In this document: positions 45,294 to 54,217 of the stretch, in pieces
Numbering within the stretch: the first letter of the stretch is position 1
Layout: each line of letters begins with the position of its first letter
NCBI GenBank assembly: GCA_963710125.1
Contig: CAVPZH010000016.1
Location: 72,915-136,914 of the forward strand
Length of the DNA: 64,000 nucleotides
Source: an uncultured Actinomycetes bacterium
GTDB taxonomy: Bacteria; Actinomycetota; Thermoleophilia; Gaiellales; Gaiellaceae
Direction: 5' to 3'
The notes under the pieces: model-generated
Databases searched by the model: none
Seen by the model: the letters and a program-made list of their open reading frames with translations, nothing else
Told to the model about the DNA's origin: nothing
Program-made: the position numbers and the translations under genes

Positions 45294-46646
45294 ATGGCTC
45301 AGTCGACGCCCTGGGCGATCCTGCTGACGAAGTGGAAGGGCAACAACGCGGAGCCGAAGCCGCGCCAGTTCTTCGACGACCTCTTCACGACCGCGGGGAC
45401 AGGCTCGTTCAACATGACGGACTACTTCGACACGATGTCCCACGGGTCGATCGACCTGTCGGGCAGCAAGGTCTTCGGTTGGTTCACGCTCGACCAGGAC
45501 CAGACCGCGTACGTCGGGAACACGGCGCCGGGGCCGGGCCAGCTCGGCCGGAACGAGCTCCTCGACGCGGCGAAGGCGAAGGCGCAGGCCGGCGGGGTCG
45601 ACCTCTCGAAGTTCTATGGAGTCGTCGTCTGCATGAACACGCTCACGGATCTGTGCGGGTGGCAGGGCGGCCGTGCGGCGCTGTGCGACCCGGGCTCGTT
45701 CGAGCCGACCGTGCTCGGCCAGGAGATGGGCCACGGCTACGGGCTCATGCACAGCCGGGTCGACGGCTCTACCGCCGACTACCAGGACCCGTGGGACACG
45801 ATGAGCACCTGGGACAGCTGCTACTACGCGGGCGACCCGAAGTACGGGTTGATCGGGCCGGGGCTGAACGCGGCGAACATGCGCAGCATGGGCTGGCTGG
45901 ACGAGAACCGCGTCTGGAAGTCCTCCAGCCAGGCGTTCAGCCAGCAGATCGAGCTCAGGCCGCTGCACGCGCGCGGACTTCCCGGGAACCTCGCCGCCGA
46001 GGTGCCGGGGACATTCGGCGGCTTTCTGCTCGAGTTCAGAGTCGCCGAGGACTGGGACGTCGCGATCCCGCGTGCCGCCGTCTTCGTCCACCGGCTCGAT
46101 AACGGCACCTCGTACCGGATGCTCGGCTCGGGCGCGCGGAGCGACCTCGTGCTCGGGGACGACTTCACGGCGGGCGTCGACCTCCCGTGGTCGTCCTACA
46201 CGACGGTCCACGTCGACGAGATCAACGTGCGTCAGCATTACGCCAAGGTGACCGTCGGCTACCGGCCGCGTGCACGAATCCGCATCCCGGATCTCGTCGG
46301 CGAGATCTTCGGCGGAGTGGCTGTCGACGGCGGGGGCATCATCTGGATCGGCGGCAAGCCGCACCCGGTCGATCCGTGGGGGCCGCTCAAGGAGGTCGTC
46401 AAGCAGGTCGTCGCGCACGAGGCCGCCGCGGAGATCGCCGACCCGGCCGTCCGCATCGCGGCCAGGAAGAGCGCGCTCGCGCGAATCGTCGAGGCAAGCA
46501 CCGCCGCTCTCGGCGAGCTCGAGGCCCTCGAGACGCCGCCGGCGCGGACTCGGAAGGCGACGGTGATGCGCGGACGCGCGAGGAAGGCACCTGCCAAGGG
46601 TGCGGCGCGGGCGACCAGAAGCCGGAGGAGGCCGGCGTCGGGCTAG
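45294..46646 (+). CDS. Cytoplasmic metzincin/M6-like metallopeptidase homologue with an atypical QEMGHGYGLMH motif and a basic C-terminal tail
   Basis: A strong RBS (AAGGAGGA) precedes the ATG, and there is no signal peptide. The motif at 45720-45752 fits HExxHxxGxxH except that the first His is Gln. The C-terminus is RKATVMRGRARKAPAKGAARATRSRRRPASG. Confidence 0.75.
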   Translation: MAQSTPWAILLTKWKGNNAEPKPRQFFDDLFTTAGTGSFNMTDYFDTMSHGSIDLSGSKVFGWFTLDQDQTAYVGNTAPGPGQLGRNELLDAAKAKAQAGGVDLSKFYGVVVCMNTLTDLCGWQGGRAALCDPGSFEPTVLGQEMGHGYGLMHSRVDGSTADYQDPWDTMSTWDSCYYAGDPKYGLIGPGLNAANMRSMGWLDENRVWKSSSQAFSQQIELRPLHARGLPGNLAAEVPGTFGGFLLEFRVAEDWDVAIPRAAVFVHRLDNGTSYRMLGSGARSDLVLGDDFTAGVDLPWSSYTTVHVDEINVRQHYAKVTVGYRPRARIRIPDLVGEIFGGVAVDGGGIIWIGGKPHPVDPWGPLKEVVKQVVAHEAAAEIADPAVRIAARKSALARIVEASTAALGELEALETPPARTRKATVMRGRARKAPAKGAARATRSRRRPASG

Positions 46647-47084
46647 AAGAGCTCGCTTTGTCGGCAGGCGGCGTGGAGCGACCACGTCGAGAGGCTCTCG
46701 CTGATCTCGCCGAACCGCGATAACGACGAGCTGCCACCTTGCAGGCGGCGCTCTCGTTGGTGACGCTGCGCTTGATGGCGCGGATCACATGGTTGATGCC
46801 GATGTTCGTGATCGCCCTCGGCTTCGCAGTGCATCCGCCGGCCCTGGCAAGCCCGGCGGTTGATAGAGGCGGCACTGCGGACACGCCGACCAGCTTGATC
46901 CCCGTGTCGCTGACGGCGGTGCGTGAAGCTCCGTCGAGGACGTTCGAGCGCGCGCTGAGAGCGAACGTGCTTGCGTTCGACAACCCCAGGGCAGTCCTCC
47001 GGAATCGGTGAAGGCGCTGGATCCACGCCCACCGGCCGGATCACAATCGGTTGAGACGTGGGCATCGCGGAAGATTCACAGGCG

Positions 47085-47288
47085 ATGACCCCGCGAGGCC
47101 CGCGCTGGCTGCTGTGGACACTCGTCCCGTGCGCCGTCGTGGTTATCGGAATCGCTGTCTACGAATACAACAAGCCGCACAGGCCAGACGATCCTGTTCT
47201 CAGAGCCATCCTGGCGGAGCGCCTTGCTTCGATTTCACCGCTGGGAGGTCGGCTCGTGTTCGCTTCTCAGAACGAGACAAGCTCTTAG
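47085..47288 (+). CDS. Small membrane protein, hypothetical (possibly the 5' part of a frameshifted longer gene)
   Basis: TM segment WLLWTLVPCAVVVIGIAVY. Locally lower GC. A plausible continuation (..ERDKLLEITPEGGLRFNMSADEPDEPEP..) lies in another frame. Confidence 0.3.
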   Translation: MTPRGPRWLLWTLVPCAVVVIGIAVYEYNKPHRPDDPVLRAILAERLASISPLGGRLVFASQNETSS

Positions 47289-47553
47289 AGATCACGCCCG
47301 AAGGTGGCTTGCGGTTCAACATGTCGGCCGACGAACCCGACGAACCCGAACCCACGGGGTTCGCAGTTCCGAGCCACGTTCAAGTGAAGGAAGACCAGCG
47401 CGGCGCGGGCCGCGCGGGGCCACCGTGCCGGGTGGCGCCCCGCGCCAGCCGCCCCCGCGCCGAGCCTCCCACCACTCGAGCACCGCAACGCACACTCGCC
47501 CACGTGGGTGGATCGCGCCCAGCGGATTGCGCGTTGTTGGTACGAATCCCCGC

Positions 47554-48112
47554 GTGACCGACAATGCGCCAGAGCAGCTCGCCGCCCACCTCGATGCGGC
47601 CGGAGTCTTGGGCGGTTCGTCCGATGCCGAGCGCGAGCGACTCCGTAGCAACGTCGCGGCGGGCGCATCACCGTTTGTCGGAGTTGAGCGGTCCGGTGGC
47701 GCGCCGACGGGGAAGACTTGGCCGAGGGTGAAGTCGAGTCCCTCTTGGATTCGATGGCTCCTGCTCTTGCTGAGAGAGGAGTCAATCTCGCCGTCGAGAC
47801 GATCGAAGGGCCATGGGACGAGGTAAGCGCGAGCTACAAGATCCGGATCAACGGCATCGAGGTCGACCTATATCGATTCGATCCGGATGAGCCCAACGTT
47901 CCGCTCGCCGATGATCCCTGGATCGATGCACGCTCAAGCCCCTGGCAGTCGCTAATTCCCTCCTGATGGAGGCTGGCGCTCGCGACAGGGTGGCCGTCAT
48001 TTCAGCTGGGGGGAACGACGGCACGGCGTTCCTGCTCCCGGTTGAAGCTCTTGCCGTTCAGGTGGAATCGCCGGCACTTGAGCCGGAGGAGCGTCCGGCA
48101 GTTCCCGAGTAA
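47554..48112 (+). pseudogene. Unknown-function gene split over three frames (two apparent 1-nt deletions)
   Basis: The pieces are VTDNAPEQLAAHLDAAGVLGGSSDAERERLRSNVAAG.. (frame 1), ..DGEDLAEGEVESLLDSMAPALAERGVNLAVETIEGPWDEVSASYKIRINGIEVDLYRFDPDEPNVPLADDPWI.. (frame 0) and ..CTLKPLAVANSLLMEAGARDRVAVISAGGNDGTAFLLPVEAL..* (frame 2). They read on smoothly across the junctions near 47690 and 47920. Confidence 0.35.
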
Positions 48113-48161
48113 GACAGCGCGCTCAGGCGTCATCGCGCAACGTGGCCCAGTCGAAACGGGG

Positions 48162-48575
48162 CTACTTGGCGATCTCCCATATGTGCCCGCCGGGATCGCG
48201 GAAGCTCGCAGTACGGATGCCCCACGGCCGGTCGATCGGCCCGTTGAGGATCTCGACGCCGCGGCCCCTCAGGTTCTCGCAGATTGCGTCGACATCATCC
48301 ACTCCGAGCGTGAACTGGAACCGAACACCCGAGTCCCGCGCGGCGACGTTCGCCGGCGCGACTAGCGCTGGCGCCTCAGGCGCCGCCAGCAGATTCACGA
48401 GCGTCTCGCCGAACTTGAAGACGGCAGAATGCTCGTCCTCGAAATAGACGGGGAGTCCGAAGATCTCCTCGTAGAAGCGCTTCGCCGCCGCCAGATCCTC
48501 TTGAAACAGTGTGATCGCGGCGATTGCTCCTGGCCACGTTGTCTTCTCGCTCCCAATCGATTCGGTCATCTGCAC
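48162..48575 (-). CDS. VOC-family (glyoxalase-like) protein
   Basis: 137 aa with ..AKRFYEEIFGLPVYFEDEHSAVFKFG.. and ..IRTASFRDPGGHIWEIAK. Confidence 0.85.
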   Translation of the reverse strand: MQMTESIGSEKTTWPGAIAAITLFQEDLAAAKRFYEEIFGLPVYFEDEHSAVFKFGETLVNLLAAPEAPALVAPANVAARDSGVRFQFTLGVDDVDAICENLRGRGVEILNGPIDRPWGIRTASFRDPGGHIWEIAK

Positions 48576-48802
48576 GCTCCTGTCATCACTCAGTTCGGAC
48601 GCAGAGGCGCGCGAGCCGCCTCCTCACCGAACAGACTCGGTTTGGCTGTCGGACTCATCGGCGGCCGCCTTCGAGCCGTACCCGCCGCCGCCGTCGATCA
48701 GGCGTCATTGCGGAACACTCGCGCAGGCGAGGCCTCCGAGCGGGAGGGTAGGTGGCAAGATCTCCTGAGGAACGATGTCCAACTGGGCGGCAGGGGAGCG
48801 GT

Positions 48803-49537
48803 GTGCTAGCGGTACGCCTGCACGATGACGGCTTGAAGGTTGAGGAGATCGCGACGCCGTCGCCGGATCCGGGCGAGGTGCTGGTGCGCGTGCGTGCGGC
48901 AGCGATTACACGTAACGAGTTGGAGTGGCCGGTCGATCGACTGCCGGCGATTCCGTCTTACGAGCTTTCGGGCGTTGTCGTCGGCAGCGGTGACGAGGTA
49001 TATGGGCTCACGCCTTTCGATCGCGACGGCGTGGCTGCCGAGTACGCCGTCGTCCCCGCCCATGTGCTTGCACCGAAGCCCGTGCGGCTGAGCCACGTCG
49101 AGGCGGCAGCTCTGCCGATGGGCGGGCTGACCGCCTGGCAAGCACTGTTTGTGCACGGGCGCCTCGCGCGAGGCGAACGGGTCCTGGTCACGGGCGCCTC
49201 GGGCGGGGTTGGGCACATCGCTGTCCAGCTTGCGCGACACGCCGGCGCAGCGGTCGTGGAGAGCGGTCCGGTCGATCTGGTCTTCGACACTCGTGGCGGC
49301 GAGGTCCCCGCTGGCGAGCGCGTCGTCACGATCGCAGAGGAGATGCCGGGCGCGATCTATTTCATCGTCGAACCCGACCACGAGCAACTGCTGGAGTTGA
49401 GAACGCTCGTGGACGCAGGCGAGCTTCGCGCAGAGGTCGACTCGGCTTTTCCGCTCACGGAGGCCCGGGCGGCGTTCGAGCGAGTCGCGGGCCGCGGGAA
49501 GCGTGGCAAGGTCGTGCTCGAGGTTGGCACTGACTAG
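48803..49537 (+). CDS. MDR-type quinone-oxidoreductase-like protein, atypically short (244 aa)
   Basis: PGEVLVRVRAAAITRNE, VTGASGGVGHIAVQLA and C-terminal ..AFERVAGRGKRGKVVLEV. It is about 60 aa shorter in the Rossmann part than the paralogue at 21063..22001. Confidence 0.65.
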   Translation: MLAVRLHDDGLKVEEIATPSPDPGEVLVRVRAAAITRNELEWPVDRLPAIPSYELSGVVVGSGDEVYGLTPFDRDGVAAEYAVVPAHVLAPKPVRLSHVEAAALPMGGLTAWQALFVHGRLARGERVLVTGASGGVGHIAVQLARHAGAAVVESGPVDLVFDTRGGEVPAGERVVTIAEEMPGAIYFIVEPDHEQLLELRTLVDAGELRAEVDSAFPLTEARAAFERVAGRGKRGKVVLEVGTD

Positions 49538-49674
49538 TCGGCGGGTGCGGCCGTGACCTCTGCCGTGGATGCATCGAACTCCGAGCGTCCACCGTGATGC
49601 CGCAAGGGGCGCAGGTCCATCTATCGAACGCCCACGGACCACTGCCTGCACCATGAACAAGAAGAAGCGAGACG

Positions 49675-51090
49675 AGTTCGGGGATCATGAGGTTGTCCCA
49701 TTGCTCGTAGAACTTGACGGCGGTCCCTCCGGCCTCGTCCGTTCCGCTGGGGAGCGGGCGAGGCGATCCGTCGAAGCTTGAAGGAGGAGCCGCCATGAAG
49801 AAGACAGCCGTAGACGTCGCGCAGGCCGAGCTGATAGAGGAGGCGCTGCCGGCTCACGTGCAGGAGGCGCTCGGGGAGCTTGCCGTCGCTGCGAGGGAGG
49901 GGTTGCTGGCCTTGTCGGTCGGCGTCGGACTCGGTGTCCTCGCCGAACTGATGGAAGAAGAAGTCGTCGACGTGGTTGGTGCGAAGGGTAAGCACGATCT
50001 GGATCGGACCGCCGTCCGCCACGGCCGCGAGGCGGGCGAAGTGACGCTCGGCGGTCGCCGCGTTGGGGTCGAGCGCCCGCGAGTCCGGTCGGCCGACGGG
50101 AAGAGCGAGGTGCCACTTACGACCTACCGGCACTTCAGTGACCGTGATCCGCTGACACGGGGTGGTGTTGGAGCGGATGCTTGCCGGCGTCTCGACTCGC
50201 CGCTACCGACGCACGCAGGAGCCGATCGGCGAGCAGGTCGAGCAGCGGGCTCGCTCGACATCGAAGTCATCCATCTCACGCGCGTTCGTTGAGCGCACCG
50301 GCAAGGCGCTCGACGAGCTGATGGCGCGCCGCCTCAACGACGTTCGCCTGGCGGTGCTGATGCTGGACGGAATTGAGCTCAAAGGGCGCACGAACATCGT
50401 CGCGCTCGGGATCACGACAGAAGGAGTGAAGGTCCCGCTCGGGCTGTGGGAGGGCTCGACCGAGAACGCGACCGTGGCGACCGCGCTCCTGTCGGATCTC
50501 GTCGAACGCGGCCTCGATCCCGCGCAGGGGATGTTGTTCGTGATCGACGGCTCAAAAGCACTACGCAAGGCGATCCGGACGGTGTTCGGTGAGGGGGTGC
50601 CGGTTCAGCGCTGCGTCTGCCACAAGGAGCGGAATGTGCTCGAGCATCTGCCCGAGCGCGACCGAGCCGCGATCAAACACCGGTTGCGCCAAGCCTGGGC
50701 GCTTGAAGATCACGGCCAGGCGCTTGACCGGCTGAAGGCCCTCGACGCCGAGCTTGAGCGGAGCCACCCCGGCGCCGCGGCCTCGCTGCGGGAGGGGATC
50801 ACCGAGACGCTGACGCTCACCCGCCTCGGCATCACCGGCTCGTTGAAGCGGACGCTCGCCTCGACCAACCCGTGCGAGTCGATGATCGAGTGCGTTCGCC
50901 GCACCAGCCGCAACGTCAAGCGCTGGCGGTCAGGCGAGATGGCGCTGCGTTGGACGGCCGCCGGGATGCTCGAAGCCGAACGCCAATTCCGCCGGATCAT
51001 CGGCTACCGCGACCTCGCCAGCCTCGCCGTCGTGATAGAGCGTGACCTCGCTCGCACGACCGTCCCGTCCCGGACCGAGGAGGCCGGCGC
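49675..51090 (+). mobile_element. IS256-family element: left inverted repeat plus transposase gene, lacking its own right end
   Basis: The left end (about 49675-49735) is an inverted match to 54340-54390 (GATCATGAGGTTGTCCCATTGCTCGTAGAACTTGACGGCGGTCCC versus the reverse complement GATCCCGAGGATGTCCCGTTCGTCGTGGAACTTCGTGACGCCGGTCCC). Transposase homology stops at about 51090. Confidence 0.75.
49795..51090 (+). pseudogene. IS256-family (Mutator-like) transposase, frameshifted in a GGGG run at 50159-50162 and 3'-truncated
   Basis: The N-terminal piece MKKTAVDVAQAELIEEALPAHVQEALGELA...TTYRHFSDRDPLTR continues in the next frame as VVLERMLAGVSTRRYRR...MLDGIELKGR..CVCHKERNVLEHLP..STNPCESMIE..RWTAAGMLEAERQFRRIIGYRDL. 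The listed ORF end at 51160 is read-through into non-IS DNA. Confidence 0.8.
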
Positions 51091-51223
51091 GGCGCAGAGG
51101 CGGGCACCGGCGGCTCCTTTCGCTCCGGCAAACGCAGGCGGGGGTGATCGAGGCGGGTGAGCAACGCTTCGCCGAGGCGCGGCCGCGCTTGTCGTGGTTT
51201 GCGATGCGATCTAGCCTCGTACC

Positions 51224-54205
51224 GTGCCGGTTTGCCCGAGCTGTGGCCACGACAATCGCGAGGGCGCGAAGTTCTGCGAGGAGTGTGGCTTCTCGTTCAG
51301 CGCTGCGCCCGCGCGGACGACGGAGCAGCGAAGGACGGTCACCGTCCTTTTCTGCGACGTGACCGGGTCGACCGCCCTCGGTGAGACGCTCGACCCCGAA
51401 CGGCTGCGGGCGCTGCTTGCCCGCTACTTCGAGCGGATGAAGGCGATCGTCGAGTCGCACGGCGGCACGGTGGAGAAGTTCATCGGCGACGCTGTGATGG
51501 CGGTGTTCGGCATCCCCGCGGCGCACGAGGACGACGCCCTGCGCGCGGTCCGTGCGGCAGTCGAGATGCGTGACACGCTCCCCGAGGTCGGCCTCCAGGG
51601 GCGCATCGGCGTGACGACGGGCGAGGTCGTGACGGGAACCGAGGAACGGCTGGCGACGGGCGACGCGGTCAACGTTGCCGCCCGCCTGGAGCAAGCGGCA
51701 CGACCGGGCGAGGTGTTGCTCGGTGAGCCGACCGTCCAGCTCGTGCGCGGAGCGGTCGAGCTGAGCGCAGGCGAACCCTTGGAGCTGAAAGGCAAGGCCG
51801 AGCCCGTCTCCGTCTACCGCCTGTTCGCAGTGCGCGACGCACCCGAGCGACTTCACGACATGCCCTTCGTCGGTCGGGAACGGGAGCTCACCCTCCTGCG
51901 CGCCGCGTGGGAACGCGCTCGGACCGGGCAGCGCTGCGAGCTCGTGACCGTGGTCGGCGAAGCCGGCGTCGGCAAGTCGCGCCTCGTCGCCGAGGCGCTT
52001 GCCTCCCTCGACGCGACCATCGCGCGTGGCCGCTGCCTTCCGTACGGCGAGGGAATCACGTACTGGCCGGTCGTGGAGGTGCTCAAGCAGCTCGACGTGA
52101 CGCCGCCCGACGAAACCGCGGCACTCGCGATCCGCGCTCTGCTCGGGGAGGCGGAGGCCATGTCGTCACCCGAAGAGATCGCGTGGGCGTTCCGCAAGAC
52201 GCTCGAGCACGCTGGGGAGGACCGTCCGCTGATCGTCGTGTTCGACGACATCCAGTGGGGCGAGGAGACGTTCCGCGACCTGATCGAGCATGTGGCGCTG
52301 CTCTCGACTGGCGTCTCGCTCCTCCTGCTCTGCATGGCTCGGCCGGAGCTCGTGGAGCGCCGCCCGACCTGGCCCGTCACGGTGCTTCTCGAGCCACTTC
52401 GCGACGAGGCGTTGGCCGAGCTGATTCCGAAGCGGATCGCAGGCGACCTGCGCGCACGAATCGCCCGGGCAGCCGGCGGCAACCCGCTTTTCGTGAGCGA
52501 GATGCTCGCGATCGCGGGCGATGGCAACGGTGCAGTCGCCGTCCCGCCGACGCTGCAAGCACTCCTCGCCGCACGCCTCGACCAGCTCCAGCCCCCCGAG
52601 CGAGGCGTACTCGAGCACGCATCGGTCGAAGGCGAGATCTTCCATCGTGGCGCCGTGCAGGCCCTCGGGCTTGACGACGCCCAGGTGACGCCGCACCTCG
52701 CCGCGCTCGTCCGCAAGGGCTTGATCCAGCCCGACCGCGCTCAGCTCGCGGGCGAGGACGGCTTCCGGTTCCGCCACCTGCTCATCCGCGACGCCGCGTA
52801 CGACGCCCTCCCCAAGACTGCTCGCGCCGCCCTTCACCAGCAGCTTGCCGGCTGGCTCGAGAAGCACGCGCGCGATCTCGTCGAGCTCGACGAGATCGTC
52901 GGCCATCACCTCGAGCAGGCCCTGCGGTACCGCACGGACGTCGGACTGCCCGAGGACGGCGCGCTCGCAGCCGCGGCGTGCATGCGGCTCAAGAGTGCCG
53001 GCCAGCGCGCGGCTCGTCGCTCGGACTACGAAGCTGCCGCCCGGCTCTTCGAGCGAGCGGCTGCGCTCCTGCCGCCGTCCGAGGTCGACATCGCCCTGGA
53101 GAGCGACCTCACGCAGGTTCTGTCCTGGACCGGCCGCCGCGAGGACGCGGTTCGCCGCGCAGATGTCGTCGCCGAGCGCTTCACGGCGACGGGCAACCGG
53201 GTCGGCGAGCTCACTGCAACGATCCGGGCGGCTGCCGTCCGTCTCGACCTCGAGCCCGAGGCGGAAATTGAGCGGCTGGACGGACTCCTTGCGGAAGCGC
53301 TGCCCGAGCTCGAGGCGGCGGGCGACGAGCTATCGCTGTACGTCGCCTACGGGGCGCTCGGAGATGTAGCGGACGCGCGCGGGCGTGTCGACGGCGCGCT
53401 GGAGGCGTACGAGCGCGCGTACGACCATGCTCGCCGCGCAGGGTACGAGCCGTTCTGGATGCTGGGATTAATCGCGTGGGCTCGCTGCTTCGGCACCACC
53501 CCGGTCTTGGATCTCCTCGCTTGGCTCGACGAGAACGAGGCTCGCGCGGGGCCGGACCAGTTTTTCCGGGCGTACCGGGCCTGGTCGCTCGCCAAGCTGG
53601 GCCGGTTCGACGACGCGCGTGGGATCCTCGTCGTCGCACGTACGCACCAGGCGGACCGCGGTGGGGGGCTCCTGCTGGCGAACCTGATCGCCTTCGAGTC
53701 CGCCTCCGTGGAGCTCCTCGCCGGGGACCCCGACGCTGCCGTCGCATTCGGCATGGAGGGCTGCCGGCTCCATGAAGAGCTCGGCGAGCACGACTTTCTC
53801 GCGGCCTCGAGCGGAGTTCTGGCGCAGGCGCTCTACGCGCTCGACCGCCTGAACGAGGCGGAGGTGTGGGCCGCGCGTTCGGCCGAGCTCGCTCGGGGCA
53901 ATTATTCAGCGGTTACCGATTGGCGCTCGGTGCGCGCCAAGCTACTCGCCCGCCGCGGAGACCACTCTGAGGCACGTCTGCTGGCAGCGGAAGCAGTCAG
54001 GATCGCCGACGACACAGACGTGCTCGACCGGCAGGGAGACACCTATGCCGACCTCGCCGAGGTGCTCGTGCTCGCCGGGAGGGGCGACGAAGCGGTCACG
54101 GCGCTCGAGCAGGCGATCGAGCGCTACGAGCGCAAGGGCAACATCGTGTCGACGCAGCGAGCGCAGTCCCGACTCGCCGAGCTTCAGGATGCAGCGCCGC
54201 GATGA
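51224..54205 (+). CDS. Zinc-ribbon / class III adenylate-guanylate cyclase / AAA+ (STAND-type) ATPase / TPR-like repeat protein
   Basis: 993 aa with CPSCGHDNREGAKFCEECG, cyclase blocks VLFCDVTGSTAL..KFIGDAVMAVFG..VNVAARLE, the P-loop GEAGVGKSRL and a long helical-repeat C-terminus. No HTH output domain was recognised. Confidence 0.9.
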   Translation: MPVCPSCGHDNREGAKFCEECGFSFSAAPARTTEQRRTVTVLFCDVTGSTALGETLDPERLRALLARYFERMKAIVESHGGTVEKFIGDAVMAVFGIPAAHEDDALRAVRAAVEMRDTLPEVGLQGRIGVTTGEVVTGTEERLATGDAVNVAARLEQAARPGEVLLGEPTVQLVRGAVELSAGEPLELKGKAEPVSVYRLFAVRDAPERLHDMPFVGRERELTLLRAAWERARTGQRCELVTVVGEAGVGKSRLVAEALASLDATIARGRCLPYGEGITYWPVVEVLKQLDVTPPDETAALAIRALLGEAEAMSSPEEIAWAFRKTLEHAGEDRPLIVVFDDIQWGEETFRDLIEHVALLSTGVSLLLLCMARPELVERRPTWPVTVLLEPLRDEALAELIPKRIAGDLRARIARAAGGNPLFVSEMLAIAGDGNGAVAVPPTLQALLAARLDQLQPPERGVLEHASVEGEIFHRGAVQALGLDDAQVTPHLAALVRKGLIQPDRAQLAGEDGFRFRHLLIRDAAYDALPKTARAALHQQLAGWLEKHARDLVELDEIVGHHLEQALRYRTDVGLPEDGALAAAACMRLKSAGQRAARRSDYEAAARLFERAAALLPPSEVDIALESDLTQVLSWTGRREDAVRRADVVAERFTATGNRVGELTATIRAAAVRLDLEPEAEIERLDGLLAEALPELEAAGDELSLYVAYGALGDVADARGRVDGALEAYERAYDHARRAGYEPFWMLGLIAWARCFGTTPVLDLLAWLDENEARAGPDQFFRAYRAWSLAKLGRFDDARGILVVARTHQADRGGGLLLANLIAFESASVELLAGDPDAAVAFGMEGCRLHEELGEHDFLAASSGVLAQALYALDRLNEAEVWAARSAELARGNYSAVTDWRSVRAKLLARRGDHSEARLLAAEAVRIADDTDVLDRQGDTYADLAEVLVLAGRGDEAVTALEQAIERYERKGNIVSTQRAQSRLAELQDAAPR

Positions 54206-54217
54206 GCCTTCAGTCGT

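Noticed and set aside
50150-50165. Programmed ribosomal frameshift in the IS256 transposase
   Set aside because: To my knowledge IS256-family transposases are made from one ORF, whereas programmed frameshifting is a feature of the IS1/IS3 families. The break is a simple extra G in a GGGG run with no slippery heptamer, so an indel (real or artefactual) is more likely.
51091-51160. C-terminal extension of the transposase ORF (..GAAQRRAPAAPFAPANAGGGDRGG*)
   Set aside because: Similarity to the second IS end copy stops at 51090. The extension is read-through into unrelated DNA.
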